Assembly: GCA_043228905.1 (NCBI GenBank)
Contig: JBHGNT010000003.1
Span: 5,208,001 to 5,272,000, forward strand
DNA from: Azolla caroliniana
Lineage: Eukaryota > Plantae > Polypodiophyta
Length of the DNA stretch: 64,000 nt
Reading direction: 5' to 3'
Shown here: positions 1 through 11,770 of the stretch, in pieces
Position numbering within the stretch: position 1 is the first letter of the stretch
How the letters are laid out: each line of letters begins with the position of its first letter
Notes under the pieces: generated by a model
Seen by the model: only the letters and a program-made list of their open reading frames with translations
Told to the model about the DNA's origin: nothing
The model's database searches: none
Translations under genes and position numbers: made by a program

Positions 1-1660
1 TTCCTACACTTGATTTGGGTTTGAACAGTTGAAGGAGATCTCCACTTCTCAACATTAGTGACCTTGATCAAGTGTAGATGCATTTTAATAATTAACCCAA
101 TGGTTTTGTAGTTCATGAATTTCTTGTTGGAGTTCGAGCATGTAACTGTTTTCAATGTGCCTATAGAATACTACTTCTTAATTGGTTGTTCTTGTTTAGA
201 TTGCTCGTATCACTATCTAACCTTTTGTTGGTGAGATGGGTGCCATTGACTGTCAATCACTTTGGAACTATAATGCTATAAACTAGCTACGAAGTAGATT
301 GAATCTTACTCTAGGAAACAATTACTTTCACTTGACTTAACTATGACTTAATCACAAAGAGACTTTATGATGTTTCTATATACATGATAGAAGAATGAAG
401 AGATAATAAATCACTGCCATGATCCAACTTTCATCTTAATCAAGATTAGGAAAAGTAGATTATTGTACTCCATCATAGTTACTTATAAGTGGATTGAACA
501 TATATTAGTCACTATCCTAATAGACGTAGGGTGTGATCTTATATATATATTTAACAACAAGAAGATTTGTTATTGCCTCATTTTATGTTTTAAAGATGGT
601 TCAAAATATTATGAAGTTGATGACGCAGAACATGCTCGATGAGGGTTTCTCATGAGCGTTGTCCTCTAAGTCGATGTTTTGTATCAGCTTTTCCAACCTT
701 CCAAGTTGATGTTTTTGCATGGTGTTGGATGATGAGTATTTAAAGTTTCTCCATCCTATCAATGTACTTGTGGTATGTGATTAATGTGATGCAAATTTGA
801 TATCTTTCATTGTGTGGTAGGGATATGTGTTGTTTCATGTGGTGGTGTGAATATTATAGTTGATGGTGTTTGATATCATGCAATGTGTTCTGGTGATTTA
901 TTTTTGTTCATTAGGTATCACACAATGTGTTCAAATATTATTGGTGCGAATATTTAGTCCAATATCAACACCATGTAATATCAAAGTTTTTGTTGTGAAA
1001 ACACAACTCGTCACTTTTTGTTGTCTCCCTTACCTTCACTTTTGGACCCCCATTAACTGCGATTTCTCGTCATCTTGGTTGATCTAATGCATTAAGATTT
1101 GTCCATCTATCTTGATTACTATTACATCTCTTCATTTGATTGCCAAATGACAAAACAAATCCAATATGAGTGAGAAAAAAAGAATTCATTGATTGACACA
1201 CATGCCACTTGTAGTGCCTTTTGGCATCTTTGTCTTCTGCGACATTTGGGGTTTACTCATATTATAAAGTCAAAAGTCTTGGTAGGTTATTCGTCATTTC
1301 AACATAGTAGTGTGTTTCCTTTCTTGGTAGGTTATTCATTTTTTCAATGTAGTGTCATGTTGCCTTTCCCATTCCTTGTCCTAATGTGATGAGGGCATAT
1401 GAGGAATTGAGTTAAACTAAATCTATACAAAAGATTGAATGTAAGACAAGGACAAGAGACAAGATCAACTTGAAGACAATGAAAATAATGAACTTAAGAA
1501 CATCAAACATACTTTGTTTAATCATCAAAGAGCTCATATTATGAGTGAGAGGTCAATTGCTCAAATTTATAATGGACGATGAAGGGAGAACATTGATCTA
1601 TAATAAGGAACGAGGTGTAAGGTCGAGGAATGCTTCTTTAAAAATGGAAAGGAACGTAAA
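1..1660. repeat. Unclassified dispersed repeat, copy A (runs off the left edge of the window)
   Basis: Colinear with 14059-15683 plus 18075-18170 (e.g. ttcctacacttgatttgg at 1 and ~14059; gaagggagaa...tctttaaaaatggaaaggaa at 1581 and 18091). No family motif recognised. Confidence 0.8.
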
Positions 1661-1789
1661 TGGACCATATCTATCTTCCTCAGCTCTGCTGAGCAATAGC
1701 CGTCCCGAGTTGTAATATCATATCTCCTCTCTTGAAACCCATCTCTATCATGAAAGTCTCCTCTCTCTCCTCTCAAATCTTGCCAGTCA

Positions 1790-4015
1790 TTGTGGACCAC
1801 ATCATACTCCCTACCCCAAAACCAGAAAATGAAGCAGGTGGTGCAAACCTTCTCCGAAGCAGCCATGAAGATCCTCTCATGTATATCTTGTTGGGTCTAT
1901 CCACTCAAGTGGAGGCCATGACATGGAGTTGCCTGAGAGCCAAATACCAACTCAGTGTCGAATCAGCTGGGTGCTGATTCGGGCTGAGTGTTGAATTGGT
2001 TGGGCATCGATTCAGGTTGAGCGTTGATTCAACTGGACGCCGAATCGACTTAGAGCTAAAGAAAGGAAACATTTATATGTTTATTAATATATATATATAT
2101 ATATATATACGTTTTTTATGTGTCCTTTTTTCTTCTTGTGTGCGTGTGTGTTTTTTGTATGTTTATGTGTAAATGCAGATACACAAAGAGGAGACGTTAC
2201 TCCAAAAAGGCTGATAAAAAGAAGGCATAGACAAAAAACGCATAGAGGGAAAAAACTAAGAGAAAGACAGAGAAAATAGAGCACGTTACAGAGAAAAACT
2301 ACACACGAGTGAACAGAACTAAGGTTGGAAAAACAAAGATTCCAGAAGAAGAGGTGTGTGAGAAAAACACAACAAAGCTTCTGCAAGAAAATAGAAACAA
2401 GTGTGAGAGCTCAAGAACAGGGTGATCGAGAGCGAGAACTCGTTGCAAGTGTAAAGACGGAGATCTAACGAGGTGCTGTCTGGACTACCCAAAAGAGTCA
2501 CAACAACTCTTTGTCCACTTGTAACAGGTTTATTTGTTCTGTGTTTTTGTTTTTTTTCCCTATTGTTTATCCTATCTGGTAGGGTGAATATTGTATCCAA
2601 GGCAGTAGCCTTGAAATATATGTGCATATCTCTAGAGTAAGCTCTAGAGGTTGTCAACACCTTTGTATAGTCAGAAAATAGTGAATTTGTTTCGGAACCT
2701 AAGGTTCCCGTGGTTTTTCCCAATTTTTGGTTTTCCACGTTAAATCTCAATGGACTCTCTCATTTTCATCTTGTGGCTTCATCTATTGTTTATCAAGTGT
2801 TAATTCTGTTTGAAATTTTAATCATCTCGATTCCACTCCATATTCCCAACAAGTGGTAACAGAGCAAGGTTCATACCTCTGCAAAGACTTGGAATATGGA
2901 TGAATCATTAGGCGGAATGATTAAACTGACAGGATCCAACTACCCCATTTGGAAGTCCAAAATGTGGGACATGTTGTATGTAAGGACATGTGGTTGCCCG
3001 TACTACATGGTATGAGCAAACCTGAGAACATAGATACATCAACCTGGGAGGCCATGCATCTAAAGACATCTGCATATATTCGATGTTTTATAGACATGAG
3101 TCTATATAACAATTTCTGTGATGAAACCAAAGCGCACGAGTTATGGAGAAAAATTGAGAGTATGTTTCAAACAAAAAATGCTTTGAATAGAGTCTTCGTG
3201 TTGAAACTTGTAAGACTTAGGTATCAAGATGTCTCTAGTATGGCAGAGCATCTTAATACGTTTCAAGCACTTATAAGTCAAATTGTCTCTCTAGATATAC
3301 CTCTAGCAAATGAGGTTTTGACCTTGTTATTGTTAGGCTCTCTCCCAGATAGTTGGGAAACCCTTGTTGTGACGCTTGGCACTGCAACGCAACAAAAGGA
3401 CCTAACATTGGACATGCTTAAGTCGAATCTTCGACATGAAGAAGCACGATGAAAGGAGCAGGAGTCCAACTTTGACCATAAAGCCTTAGTCATAGAAAAC
3501 AACTCCTCTAGAGGATGAAACCATGTTAGGGGTCCACAAAATCATAGAAATAATTCTAAGGGGAGGTCAAAGTCTAGTAGTAGAAAAGACTTCAAGAAAG
3601 ATTTTTCATGTCGTTATTGTGGTGGTCCAAACCATTATGAGAGAGACTGTTGGAAGAAAAAGAGAGACCAAAAGAAAGGAACCACCGATAATAAGAGCAA
3701 TGACCTCACTACAGCCACTTGTGATGGCAACATTGTCATTGCTTGTGATGACGCGCGTGTGTTAGCTTAGCATGCCAACAAACTGATTGGATTATTGACT
3801 CGGGAGCCTCGTATCAAATTACTCCATATCGAGAGATGTTCTCGTCATATGCCGGTGCTGACTTTGGCAAAGTCAAAATGGCTAACCACGGCATAACAGA
3901 GGTTGTCGGCATAGGAAATATAATTCTAACCACGAGCACGGGTTGCAAACTAGTATTAAATGATGTTAGGCATGTACCGGACATTCGGGTGAATATTATT
4001 TCAGTCGGTAAGCTT
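1790..4015 (+). mobile_element. Truncated Ty1/copia element: 5' LTR (left edge approximate, ends 2851), PBS, decayed gag-protease
   Basis: LTR end ...ccaaca at 2851; PBS tggtaacagagc at 2854-2865 (tRNA-iMet type, 1 mismatch); gag ATG at 2896 (MDESLGGMIKLTGSNY), LLLGSLPDSWETLV, zinc knuckle C..CGGPNH...DC, protease WIIDSGASY; breaks off after NIISVGKL. Confidence 0.85.
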
Positions 4016-4168
4016 ATTCACAGAGGGAGGAGGGATTACGTCGTTTTATAATTCAATGTCGCGTACTTTATAAAGTGTCTTTATTTTCGAAAGTTTCTAA
4101 ATGTCGTGATTGAAAGCCAAGGTTGTGCAACATGCTTGACATGGAATGCATCAGGCAATGGTTTTGAA

Positions 4169-4330
4169 TTAGATGTCTTTCTTCACCATGAAGGCGTCAA
4201 GGTAAATGCCCAGGTTTCTACTCCTAGGAAGTAGAACTTCTCTTGATTTCTCGCTCACTTCTCTGATCCCGTTCGATTCCCGCTCGGTGATGATGAGGCG
4301 GTGAGGCGGTGGAAGAAGCTGCTGAGCCAT
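4169..4330 (-). pseudogene. 5' fragment of a TORNADO1-like ROCO paralog (copy 1)
   Basis: Hand translation MAQQLLPPPHRLIITERESNGIREVSEKSREVLL...KDI* aligns with MEHLRPPHKLILTRWESHEMREAVEKSRKALL from ATG 10624. At 53 aa it is too short for the ORF track. Confidence 0.65.
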
Positions 4331-5073
4331 GGTAGGAATTGGGAACAGCAGGGTGAAGAAGAACTTACGCTAAGAAGAGGAAGAATGTGTAGACCAAAGT
4401 AATGTGATTTCTCTCTGTCTCTGTCATTTCGGAATTACAGGAAGGAGATTCAGATGAAACAGAAAAAATGTGTATATATGTATAAGAGACTGAGTTCACT
4501 TCAATGGAGATTAATGTAGCATAGATTTTGTGATTTGTTTTGTTGACATTTTCTCTGGTTGGGCTCCACTTAATTGACAATTTACTCATTGTTTTTGAAT
4601 CTGATTTTTTGGATTTTCTGATCTGGACAGAGAAAAGGAAAAGGAAATGTTGGAAACCATATTTGACTGTCAATTATAACTATTCAAGCAGAGACAACCA
4701 AGCTGCCTAATGAATCTCCTTACAATAATGCATCGGGCATCCAATGTGATGATGATGGCAAATTGGTCATTGTTAAACTCGATTGTTCACCACCACTTTC
4801 GTGATGAATTTTACGAAAGGTCTATTGATCCATCCATCAATCAAGTGGGAATATCGTGCGAGAACTTGGTGCAGTCATCGAAGTTTTATTGTGGCTTACT
4901 TTGGTATGTTATAATTTTTTTGAATCAATAGCTCACAAAAGCATTGACTAGATTCTTGTTTTGTTTAGAGAGTTTGATATGACATGGATGAATTAGGTTT
5001 GGAAACTTGCAGTGCATGCACTGACAGGATACACTCTATGGAGGTTCTTCATTGTGGGTTTGTGATCAAATGA

Positions 5074-5540
5074 TTTCACTAACTGGCCTATACATGGAGG
5101 TGAAGATAGACATATTTGAGTATCAGTGGGAAAAAACTCTATGCAATTGAAATGCACCGATAAATTATGAAGAATTAAGAATTTTCACTAGCTGACCTAT
5201 ATGTGGAGGCGAAGATAGACATATTTGAGTATCAGTGAAAAAAACTCCTATGCAATTGAAATGCATGTCAATAAATTATGAAGAAATAAGAATTTCTATT
5301 ACACATATTTGAAACTTTCCTATGCAATTGAAATGCATGATAAATTATGAAGAAATAAGATTTTGTATCAGACATATTTTAGTATCAGTGAAATAAACTA
5401 TGAAGAACTAAGATTTTCTATTGACCAAGCTAGATGATTATGCATTGCTATGAAGAAGTAAGAAATGCATGAAATAAACTATAAAGAAGTAAGATTTTCT
5501 ATTGACCAAGTTCGATGATTATGCATTGCTATGAAACCAT
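5074..5540. repeat. Degenerate AT-rich tandem repeat array
   Basis: Recurrent atatttgagtatcagtg, tatgcaattgaaatgca and aaattatgaagaaataaga blocks, in units of roughly 60-115 bp. Confidence 0.75.
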
Positions 5541-6053
5541 ACATGAATGATAGTTTGGAGCGCTAACATTTTCTAAGCAATCAAAAAACACTGCTGAGTT
5601 CTATTAATCTCATCACTACATACAACATATTAGCATGGAACGACCATTAGGGATCTCTTATCACTTGGACATAACGAATGTTTGGCAGGTAATTTGTATT
5701 TGGCTCCAAGATCCTTGTATACTTTACTCCACAAACTATTTCATGTACATATAAGAAGCACGTGGTTGGGAGTGAGAGCATTTAAAGCTTCCCTTAAGGG
5801 GGGGGGGGGGGGTATTAGATTGTCAAACGTTCGATCAAGTGGTTCATAAACCATTTAAATCTGTTGATCAGATTGTGTACCTTAAATTTGCTAATAGAAT
5901 TTGATGATTAAAATTTGGAATGATGGGAGTTTCTCAATCAGTAGTCTTTTCTATCCAGAACGTGATGATTGTTTATTCAAGGTAACTATTTTTTTATTAG
6001 ATACGTTAATGATGGATGATATCTCCAGCCTTACACTAACTCTGAATGTGTAT

Positions 6054-6086
<33 letters not shown>

Positions 6087-7125
6087 CGTGTATCAAATTT
6101 CAATGTAATTTTTTGTGCATGTGTAAATTTCTCTACAGACGCGTCACGCCCTAATACATAAATAGTGATGGGCCCAATCCAAACCATTTACAAATTACCA
6201 AGCCATATAAACCGAACCATTTAGAACCAAGCCATTTATTAAGCCAAAACGTGTAAAAAGTAGGTGAAATTGAACTGGGCTTTGTGGGCCTCGTTTTTTG
6301 GATCGAATCTGGAGAGTGGGGGAGAGTGTGAGTTAGTGAGTGAAAGTGATATTGGAGCGTAAATTTCAGAGTGTGAGCGATCGTAGTAAGAGAGCGTCGA
6401 CAGCCTTTAGCATTTAGGTTCAAAGCAAGAGACAACACGAGAGAGCTAAAAGACACGCTGAGAGAGAGCAATAATTTAACAATAGAACAAATGAAAAGAA
6501 ATAATATGAGAGGCTTCACCATTTTATCAATTTTTGTAACCGTCGCAAGATGCTAATATGTGACATGTATAATGTGTCGCCTTGCGACAGGCACAAAATG
6601 TGTAGCTCTACGACGAAGCCATGCATGTCATTATATGACGCCTATACTACATTGCTCACATCCTCAATATGTAAAATACGTACTAGGCGCGTGCATCAAA
6701 GGTACAAGAGACATTTTTTGCGTTGATAACACCCTATTTTGTATTAGTGTTTTGTATATCGTTTAGATGCTTTAGGAGATTGTTGAAGAAACATTATCAC
6801 ATTAAATATTTAGTTTGTTAAGATTATTATTTAAGAGAGAAAAGGAAGTGTTTTCTTCAGCCTAATACACATTTTTTTGTTACAGCTTAATAATGCTTGA
6901 GAACAACTCTTGCATATTTCATCTCCTTAAAGGAGATACAACTTTGATCAAGAGAAAGACGTGCACTAGTGCAACATACCTAAAAGAGACACATTGATTT
7001 CTTTTAGGTACAAAAGCCCATGCAGGTGTCGTGAAGGAACACAAAAGGTTTCAAGAAAAGTAAGAATTTCAAACCAATGAGAAAATGTTATCTATTCAAA
7101 CACATATAGAATGATATACTTTAGC

Positions 7126-9591
7126 CTAGTGAAAAGGGCCTTTTTCCTTATAGTGTGTCTCACATAACCATGCAACTTGAGTTCTCCCATCAACTTCATA
7201 GTTGGCACATTTGAGGAGGAACTTCTTAGATATGTTCTCCTCACTCAATCCTCCATTTTCCTCCAATATCAATGCCAAACACTTTTGCCACTCTTTGGAA
7301 GCAGATTCTAATGTAAATAGATATGTATCTTTGTTTGATTTAATAGTAGTTTGTATCATGGGGTATCCATTTGCTAGTTGTTTGAAGTGGGGGGACCAAT
7401 TAGGAATCAAGGAGCTTGCAATTGGAACCACGGAGGAAACACCAAGCCTAGTAGCTATTATTAGAACACGAAGGAAACCATTGATATAAGGAAGAGCTTT
7501 ATTTAGAGTCCTTAATCGAGACTCTGACAAGTAGGTGAGGGTGATACCAGGTTGACCTTTCACTGGATGTGGCAATCTCTTATATTCACAATATAAATGG
7601 ATTGTCACAAACTCCCCTTCCAAAAGTTTAGCCACGAATGTCGTAAGTCTTTGAAGTGTCGAGTTACGAAATTTAAACATAAGGAAGGCAACACGAGGGA
7701 GTTGCTTCTCAGCTTCATTATCTCGAGCCATCTCCAAAAGCTTGTTTACGGATTTCTCAACTTTGCTAATAACATCTTCCCTCATACATTGAAGTTCTTT
7801 ATGTATTTCCTCTTGCTTATTAGTCATTTGATCCACCTTATCATGTAACTTTAGAACCTCTTCATGAGTTGCATCGACCTTACGATGTAAACTTAAAATT
7901 GACCTTACCATAAACTTACTAGATTGCACCTCTATTGTGTCTTCTGATGTCTTCCCTTCTCGCACCAACTGGTTTTCAAGGTTAGGCGTGATCATATTTT
8001 CACGACCTTGATATTGCCTAGATAAATTGACTTTATCATTGTTCAACAATGCGTTCTCCACCTCCACCTCAAACCATTGTTTACATGAGTTGAAGACCTC
8101 CTCATAATACTCTGACCCTAAGAGATCTATGAGAGCACTCGTGAGAGACTGATACATGTCTCTAGTACATTTCCAATCATAAAATTCTTCTTTGCCTTCC
8201 TCAAATTTTTCTCGTAGTTGTTCCTTCAAGTAAGTTATTTTCACACATTGATCCTCTCTTTTTGGTGCATTTGATGGATCATGTAAGCAATCGGGCCGGA
8301 TGACGCTCTCGATCAACTTAACCCCTTGTATGCCAGTGGGTTGTGCACATATTGTGATCAAGGTGTTGATAATATGCTTTTCCACAAAAGCTAAGGTATT
8401 TAACATGTTTTCTTTAGTATTACTTTGTGCTCGAACCAACACATCTATCACATAGTTTGATTTTGCTTGGCATAGTACGATGATTATCTTATTTTTTGGG
8501 AAACGTATAGATATGAAATCCTTGCCCAATGTCACTTGAGCTTTATCATCCTCAGATTGAAAGGCATTGTTAAATAACACTTGAATCCTCGGAAATAGTC
8601 CCGGTGTAAGAAACGTGCAGTTGTTGTTCTCACACCCTAGTCTTCTTCCCATATACACTAAAGTATCCTTATCATCATCCATCGGAGTCCATTGGGGTTG
8701 TTCCCTAGCCTCATCCTTGGACAATATGGCAGGGATAAAGATCCACTCGCCCGTGGTATCGGGGACTTTGGGAACTTTGCAACATAAGTGCATGGCTTCC
8801 ATCAACTCTACCAGCAATGAACCATGCACTTTAGGTCTTATAATGGATTCAAACTTCTGCTCTAGGAAATGCTGGGGGATGTATCCATTCTCAAATACAA
8901 TTGTACCTTTAGATGATCCTTTTGAGTTTGGGAAACCAATGAGGTTGCCCATAATCTGATTGCAAAACCAGTTGGGATCTAGAACTATGTGCTTGATTTT
9001 GTTTATGTATATGATGTTACCAGATTCATTCAAGGATAAGGCAATTATATTTAGCTTAGCTTTGTCATGGGTGGGATTGGAAAGCTGACCATCAATATTG
9101 CAGATTTGGCTGAATTTCGTCCATGTAATGATTTGTTCATTTGTGCTCTTTGAATGATTCCAGAGATGTTTACTTACTTGCGTGCAGATGTCGTAGAGCT
9201 CGATACCTTCGAGTACCTCTTTGGCAATTCTGAAAATACATTCTCCTACAGCTTTGACAGAATCTTTCTTTCTTGCATCCACATCAAATGCAGGGTCCAC
9301 GATGTCAATCACCCATTTAAATTCTGATCGAAGAGATTCAATTGAAACTGAGAGAGAGCTTGAGACAAACTCCATTTGGTCTGATCGAGTGAATACCACA
9401 ATCACTCTGAGGGCAATGTTGGATTGACGGCTTTTGGAGGCGAGGAACTTGAGCCAGTACCTGAAGCTTGCTTCGAAGTCCCCGACGCTTTTCTTTGCGC
9501 CTCTGTCGCTACTTTCGCTATCCATGGGGCTCCAAACGAACATGAACATGGATGGAACATGATAAGAGCTTGACCCTATGTCTGGGAACAT
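7126..9591 (-). CDS. Uninterrupted 821-aa ORF: C-terminal ROC + COR + coiled coil + TRN1-like C-terminal domain
   Basis: Longest ORF in the window, non-TE; the frame is open from 9630. Whether it is translated on its own is unknown. Confidence 0.55.
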   Translation of the reverse strand: MFPDIGSSSYHVPSMFMFVWSPMDSESSDRGAKKSVGDFEASFRYWLKFLASKSRQSNIALRVIVVFTRSDQMEFVSSSLSVSIESLRSEFKWVIDIVDPAFDVDARKKDSVKAVGECIFRIAKEVLEGIELYDICTQVSKHLWNHSKSTNEQIITWTKFSQICNIDGQLSNPTHDKAKLNIIALSLNESGNIIYINKIKHIVLDPNWFCNQIMGNLIGFPNSKGSSKGTIVFENGYIPQHFLEQKFESIIRPKVHGSLLVELMEAMHLCCKVPKVPDTTGEWIFIPAILSKDEAREQPQWTPMDDDKDTLVYMGRRLGCENNNCTFLTPGLFPRIQVLFNNAFQSEDDKAQVTLGKDFISIRFPKNKIIIVLCQAKSNYVIDVLVRAQSNTKENMLNTLAFVEKHIINTLITICAQPTGIQGVKLIESVIRPDCLHDPSNAPKREDQCVKITYLKEQLREKFEEGKEEFYDWKCTRDMYQSLTSALIDLLGSEYYEEVFNSCKQWFEVEVENALLNNDKVNLSRQYQGRENMITPNLENQLVREGKTSEDTIEVQSSKFMVRSILSLHRKVDATHEEVLKLHDKVDQMTNKQEEIHKELQCMREDVISKVEKSVNKLLEMARDNEAEKQLPRVAFLMFKFRNSTLQRLTTFVAKLLEGEFVTIHLYCEYKRLPHPVKGQPGITLTYLSESRLRTLNKALPYINGFLRVLIIATRLGVSSVVPIASSLIPNWSPHFKQLANGYPMIQTTIKSNKDTYLFTLESASKEWQKCLALILEENGGLSEENISKKFLLKCANYEVDGRTQVAWLCETHYKEKGPFH

Positions 9592-9728
9592 GCAGTCGTG
9601 GAATGCGTGGAACTGTTCATGGCCTGCACCTCAATTCCTTGTGTGCGAACCTCCGGTAAGCAGGGCTTTTAGCTTATCTCGCTTGAGTGTATAGATGGAA
9701 CGCATGGTGGATACAAGGGTAGTCTTTC

Positions 9729-9846
9729 CTGCACCAATCAAAATAAGCAAATTATGCATTGGAAGTGTTTAGTTTGAATTACACCTCATCAATCTAGCCT
9801 CCTGCCTGATTTTCAACATTTTGAGAGTGTGTTCTGTGTTTTATAC
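9729..9846 (-). other. 118-bp phase-1 spliceosomal intron inside the P-loop
   Basis: GCAG|GTATAA donor and TGCAG|GAAAG acceptor; splicing rebuilds GDPFAGKTT (GxxxxGKT). Confidence 0.85.
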
Positions 9847-11124
9847 CTGCGAATGGATCCCCGCAGATGAATAGTCTCATGGAAGTCGCAGGCACTCGCT
9901 TCAGATCTGATCCCAACAAGAAATTTCGTTGGTTCCTCCACAGCTGGGCCTCGACGGCAGGCTCCTGAAGCCCTATACCTTCAAGGAAAGGAAGGCCGGA
10001 GCGAGAAAGTGCATCCACAACCGCAGCAGTAGCAGATCGGCTTAATTCACCCCTCTGGCTACCTAATTGAAGGCTGTATAATTGAGGAGGTGATGAAAAG
10101 ATCCTACCAGCTGTCTCCGCTCCATTCTTTAGGGGTGCTAGGTGATCTATGAAATCCATTAGCTCCTCCTCTGTCATTCCAATAGGATTGTGTAGAGAGA
10201 GCTCTTTGAGATTCGTCCAATGCCGCAAGAAACCAGTGCTCCTTTTAAAGTCAATGCGATAGTCGTGAGATTGGCGGCAGCCGTGAGGATGGCCATCCGT
10301 TGTTGTTGTTGTTGTGTAGTAGAGGCATCATCATCATCATCATCATGTCTGAAATCGAACATCATGTCTCTGCCCCCCCATTCCCAAGCTCGAGTTTTTA
10401 CTCCTTCACCATATGACTCATAATGATATCCCCCTTCAAGTTCAGGTGTAGTACTGTGGAGGAAGAGGTTCTCAACATTGGCAAGATTAATTAAGAGAAT
10501 TATGAGAGGTTGAGCTTGAAGAGAGTTTGAGTAGAGCTTTTCTCGATTTCTCCACCGCTTCTCTCATCTCATGGGATTCCCACCTTGTGAGGATGAGTTT
10601 GTGAGGGGGTCGGAGGTGCTCCATGGGAGACGATGATGAATACGTAGAGAAGAGAATGAACGGAATTAATGTGAAGTTTAGACAAGTCTAGCAAAAGGTT
10701 AACAATCAACAACAACGGTCCGGTTCGGTTTGAGAGTTCAAAACCGATCCGTTTAAAAAGTTTGAAACTTGAACTCAACGAATCGAACCATGAAACCATT
10801 TGAACCGAATCAGTTTTAATAATCGAACCATTAAAAAAAATTCAAACCGTTAACTGATAAAACAGTTAAAACCATACTTTCTAGTTCGGTTTGAGTTTTA
10901 AATAGGCTTAAAAAAGAAAAGATTGTTTTTAAATAACTAAATAAAAAAACAAATGTAGTTCAATATTAAGAAAATGATACAAAACACATTTTTAATTTTA
11001 AAATATTTCATTATTCCTAAAATGTGTTAATTAGGCTTAAAAATGAAAAGATCGTTTTAAAATAGAAAATAAGAAATTTAAAAAACATTAATGTAGTTCA
11101 ATATTAAGAAAATGATACAAAACA

Positions 11125-11530
11125 CACCTCCACACTTTTTGCTTTTTGTTGTCTCCCTCCGCTTCGCGTTTTGGGCAACACTTACTTGAGGTTTCTCATC
11201 AACTTGGTTGATCCTAGAAAAGTTGATGCAAATTACCATCCAATTTTCGGGCCTTCCAAAAAGTTGATCTTTTAATGCACTGAGGTGGACGGAAGCATAG
11301 TTAAAGTTGATCTCTTCATTAGAGTGTTTGATGAAACTGAGTTCAAACGATAATTCAATGGTTCAAATGACAAAACATATTCCATATGAGTGAGAAAAAA
11401 GATGAGTGTCATGATTGATGCACATGCCATTTTCAATTCCTTTTAGCATCTTCGTCTTCTGTCAAACGTCTCGGCATGTTATTTGTTTTTTTAATTTACT
11501 ATTGTGTTTCCTTTCCCTTGCATGACTTTT
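11125..11530. repeat. Diverged partial copy of the unclassified repeat
   Basis: Matches 1000-1380 and 15110-15540 (aaatgacaaaaca...atatgagtgagaaaaaa; aacttggttgatc). A further diverged copy lies at ~12720-13060. Confidence 0.65.
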
Positions 11531-11598
11531 TGGTTGGCCTCTAGGGAAATTTGGATAAGATGTTGGTCATCTTGTGGGCCATTTATAGAAAAAAGGAT

Positions 11599-11770
11599 TG
11601 TGTACGTAAGTAGAAGATAGAAATGTAGAAAGGAAAGCTCTAAAGCTATGGAAAGTTTGTGTACGTAAGTAGAAGATAGAAATGTAGAAAGGAAAGTTGT
11701 AAAACTAGGAAAGATTCTGTAAGTAGCAGATAAAAATGTGGAAACTTGAAAGGAAAGTTGTAAAAACTAG
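11599..11770. repeat. 59-bp tandem repeat, about 3 copies
   Basis: tgtacgtaagtagaagatagaaatgtagaaaggaaag at 11601 and 11660; degenerate third unit at ~11718. Confidence 0.85.

Larger units (their letters stand above)
7126..10624 (-). pseudogene. TORNADO1-like LRR-ROC-COR (ROCO) gene, copy 2; two exons, 5' part disrupted
   Basis: Exon 1 (10624-9847) has LRR-like segments (LKELSL, LYSLQL) and ends RLFICGDPFAG. GT-AG intron 9846-9729. Exon 2 starts GKTTL, then RTQGIEV (G2), AGHEQFHAFHDCMFP (G3), VVFTRSD (G4), COR motifs (LDPNWFC, GRRL, LTPGLFPRIQV) and a TRN1-type C-terminus (IHLYCE, AWLCETH). Frameshifts near 10490, 10240 and 9655/9628; TGA at 9631-9633. Confidence 0.85.

Noticed and set aside
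490-545. ILIDVGC on the + strand resembling a retroviral aspartic protease D(S/T)G motif
   Set aside because: It lacks the S/T, the second copy reads ILIEVGC, and there is no gag or RT context.
5798-5812. G15 run (and G-run at ~54356-54377), plus (AG)n, (TG)n and (AT)n tracts
   Set aside because: Ordinary simple repeats with no supporting context.
10718-10900. aaccg/cggtt-rich patch upstream of ROCO copy 2 as a MITE or hAT end
   Set aside because: No terminal inverted repeat pair or TSD could be delimited.
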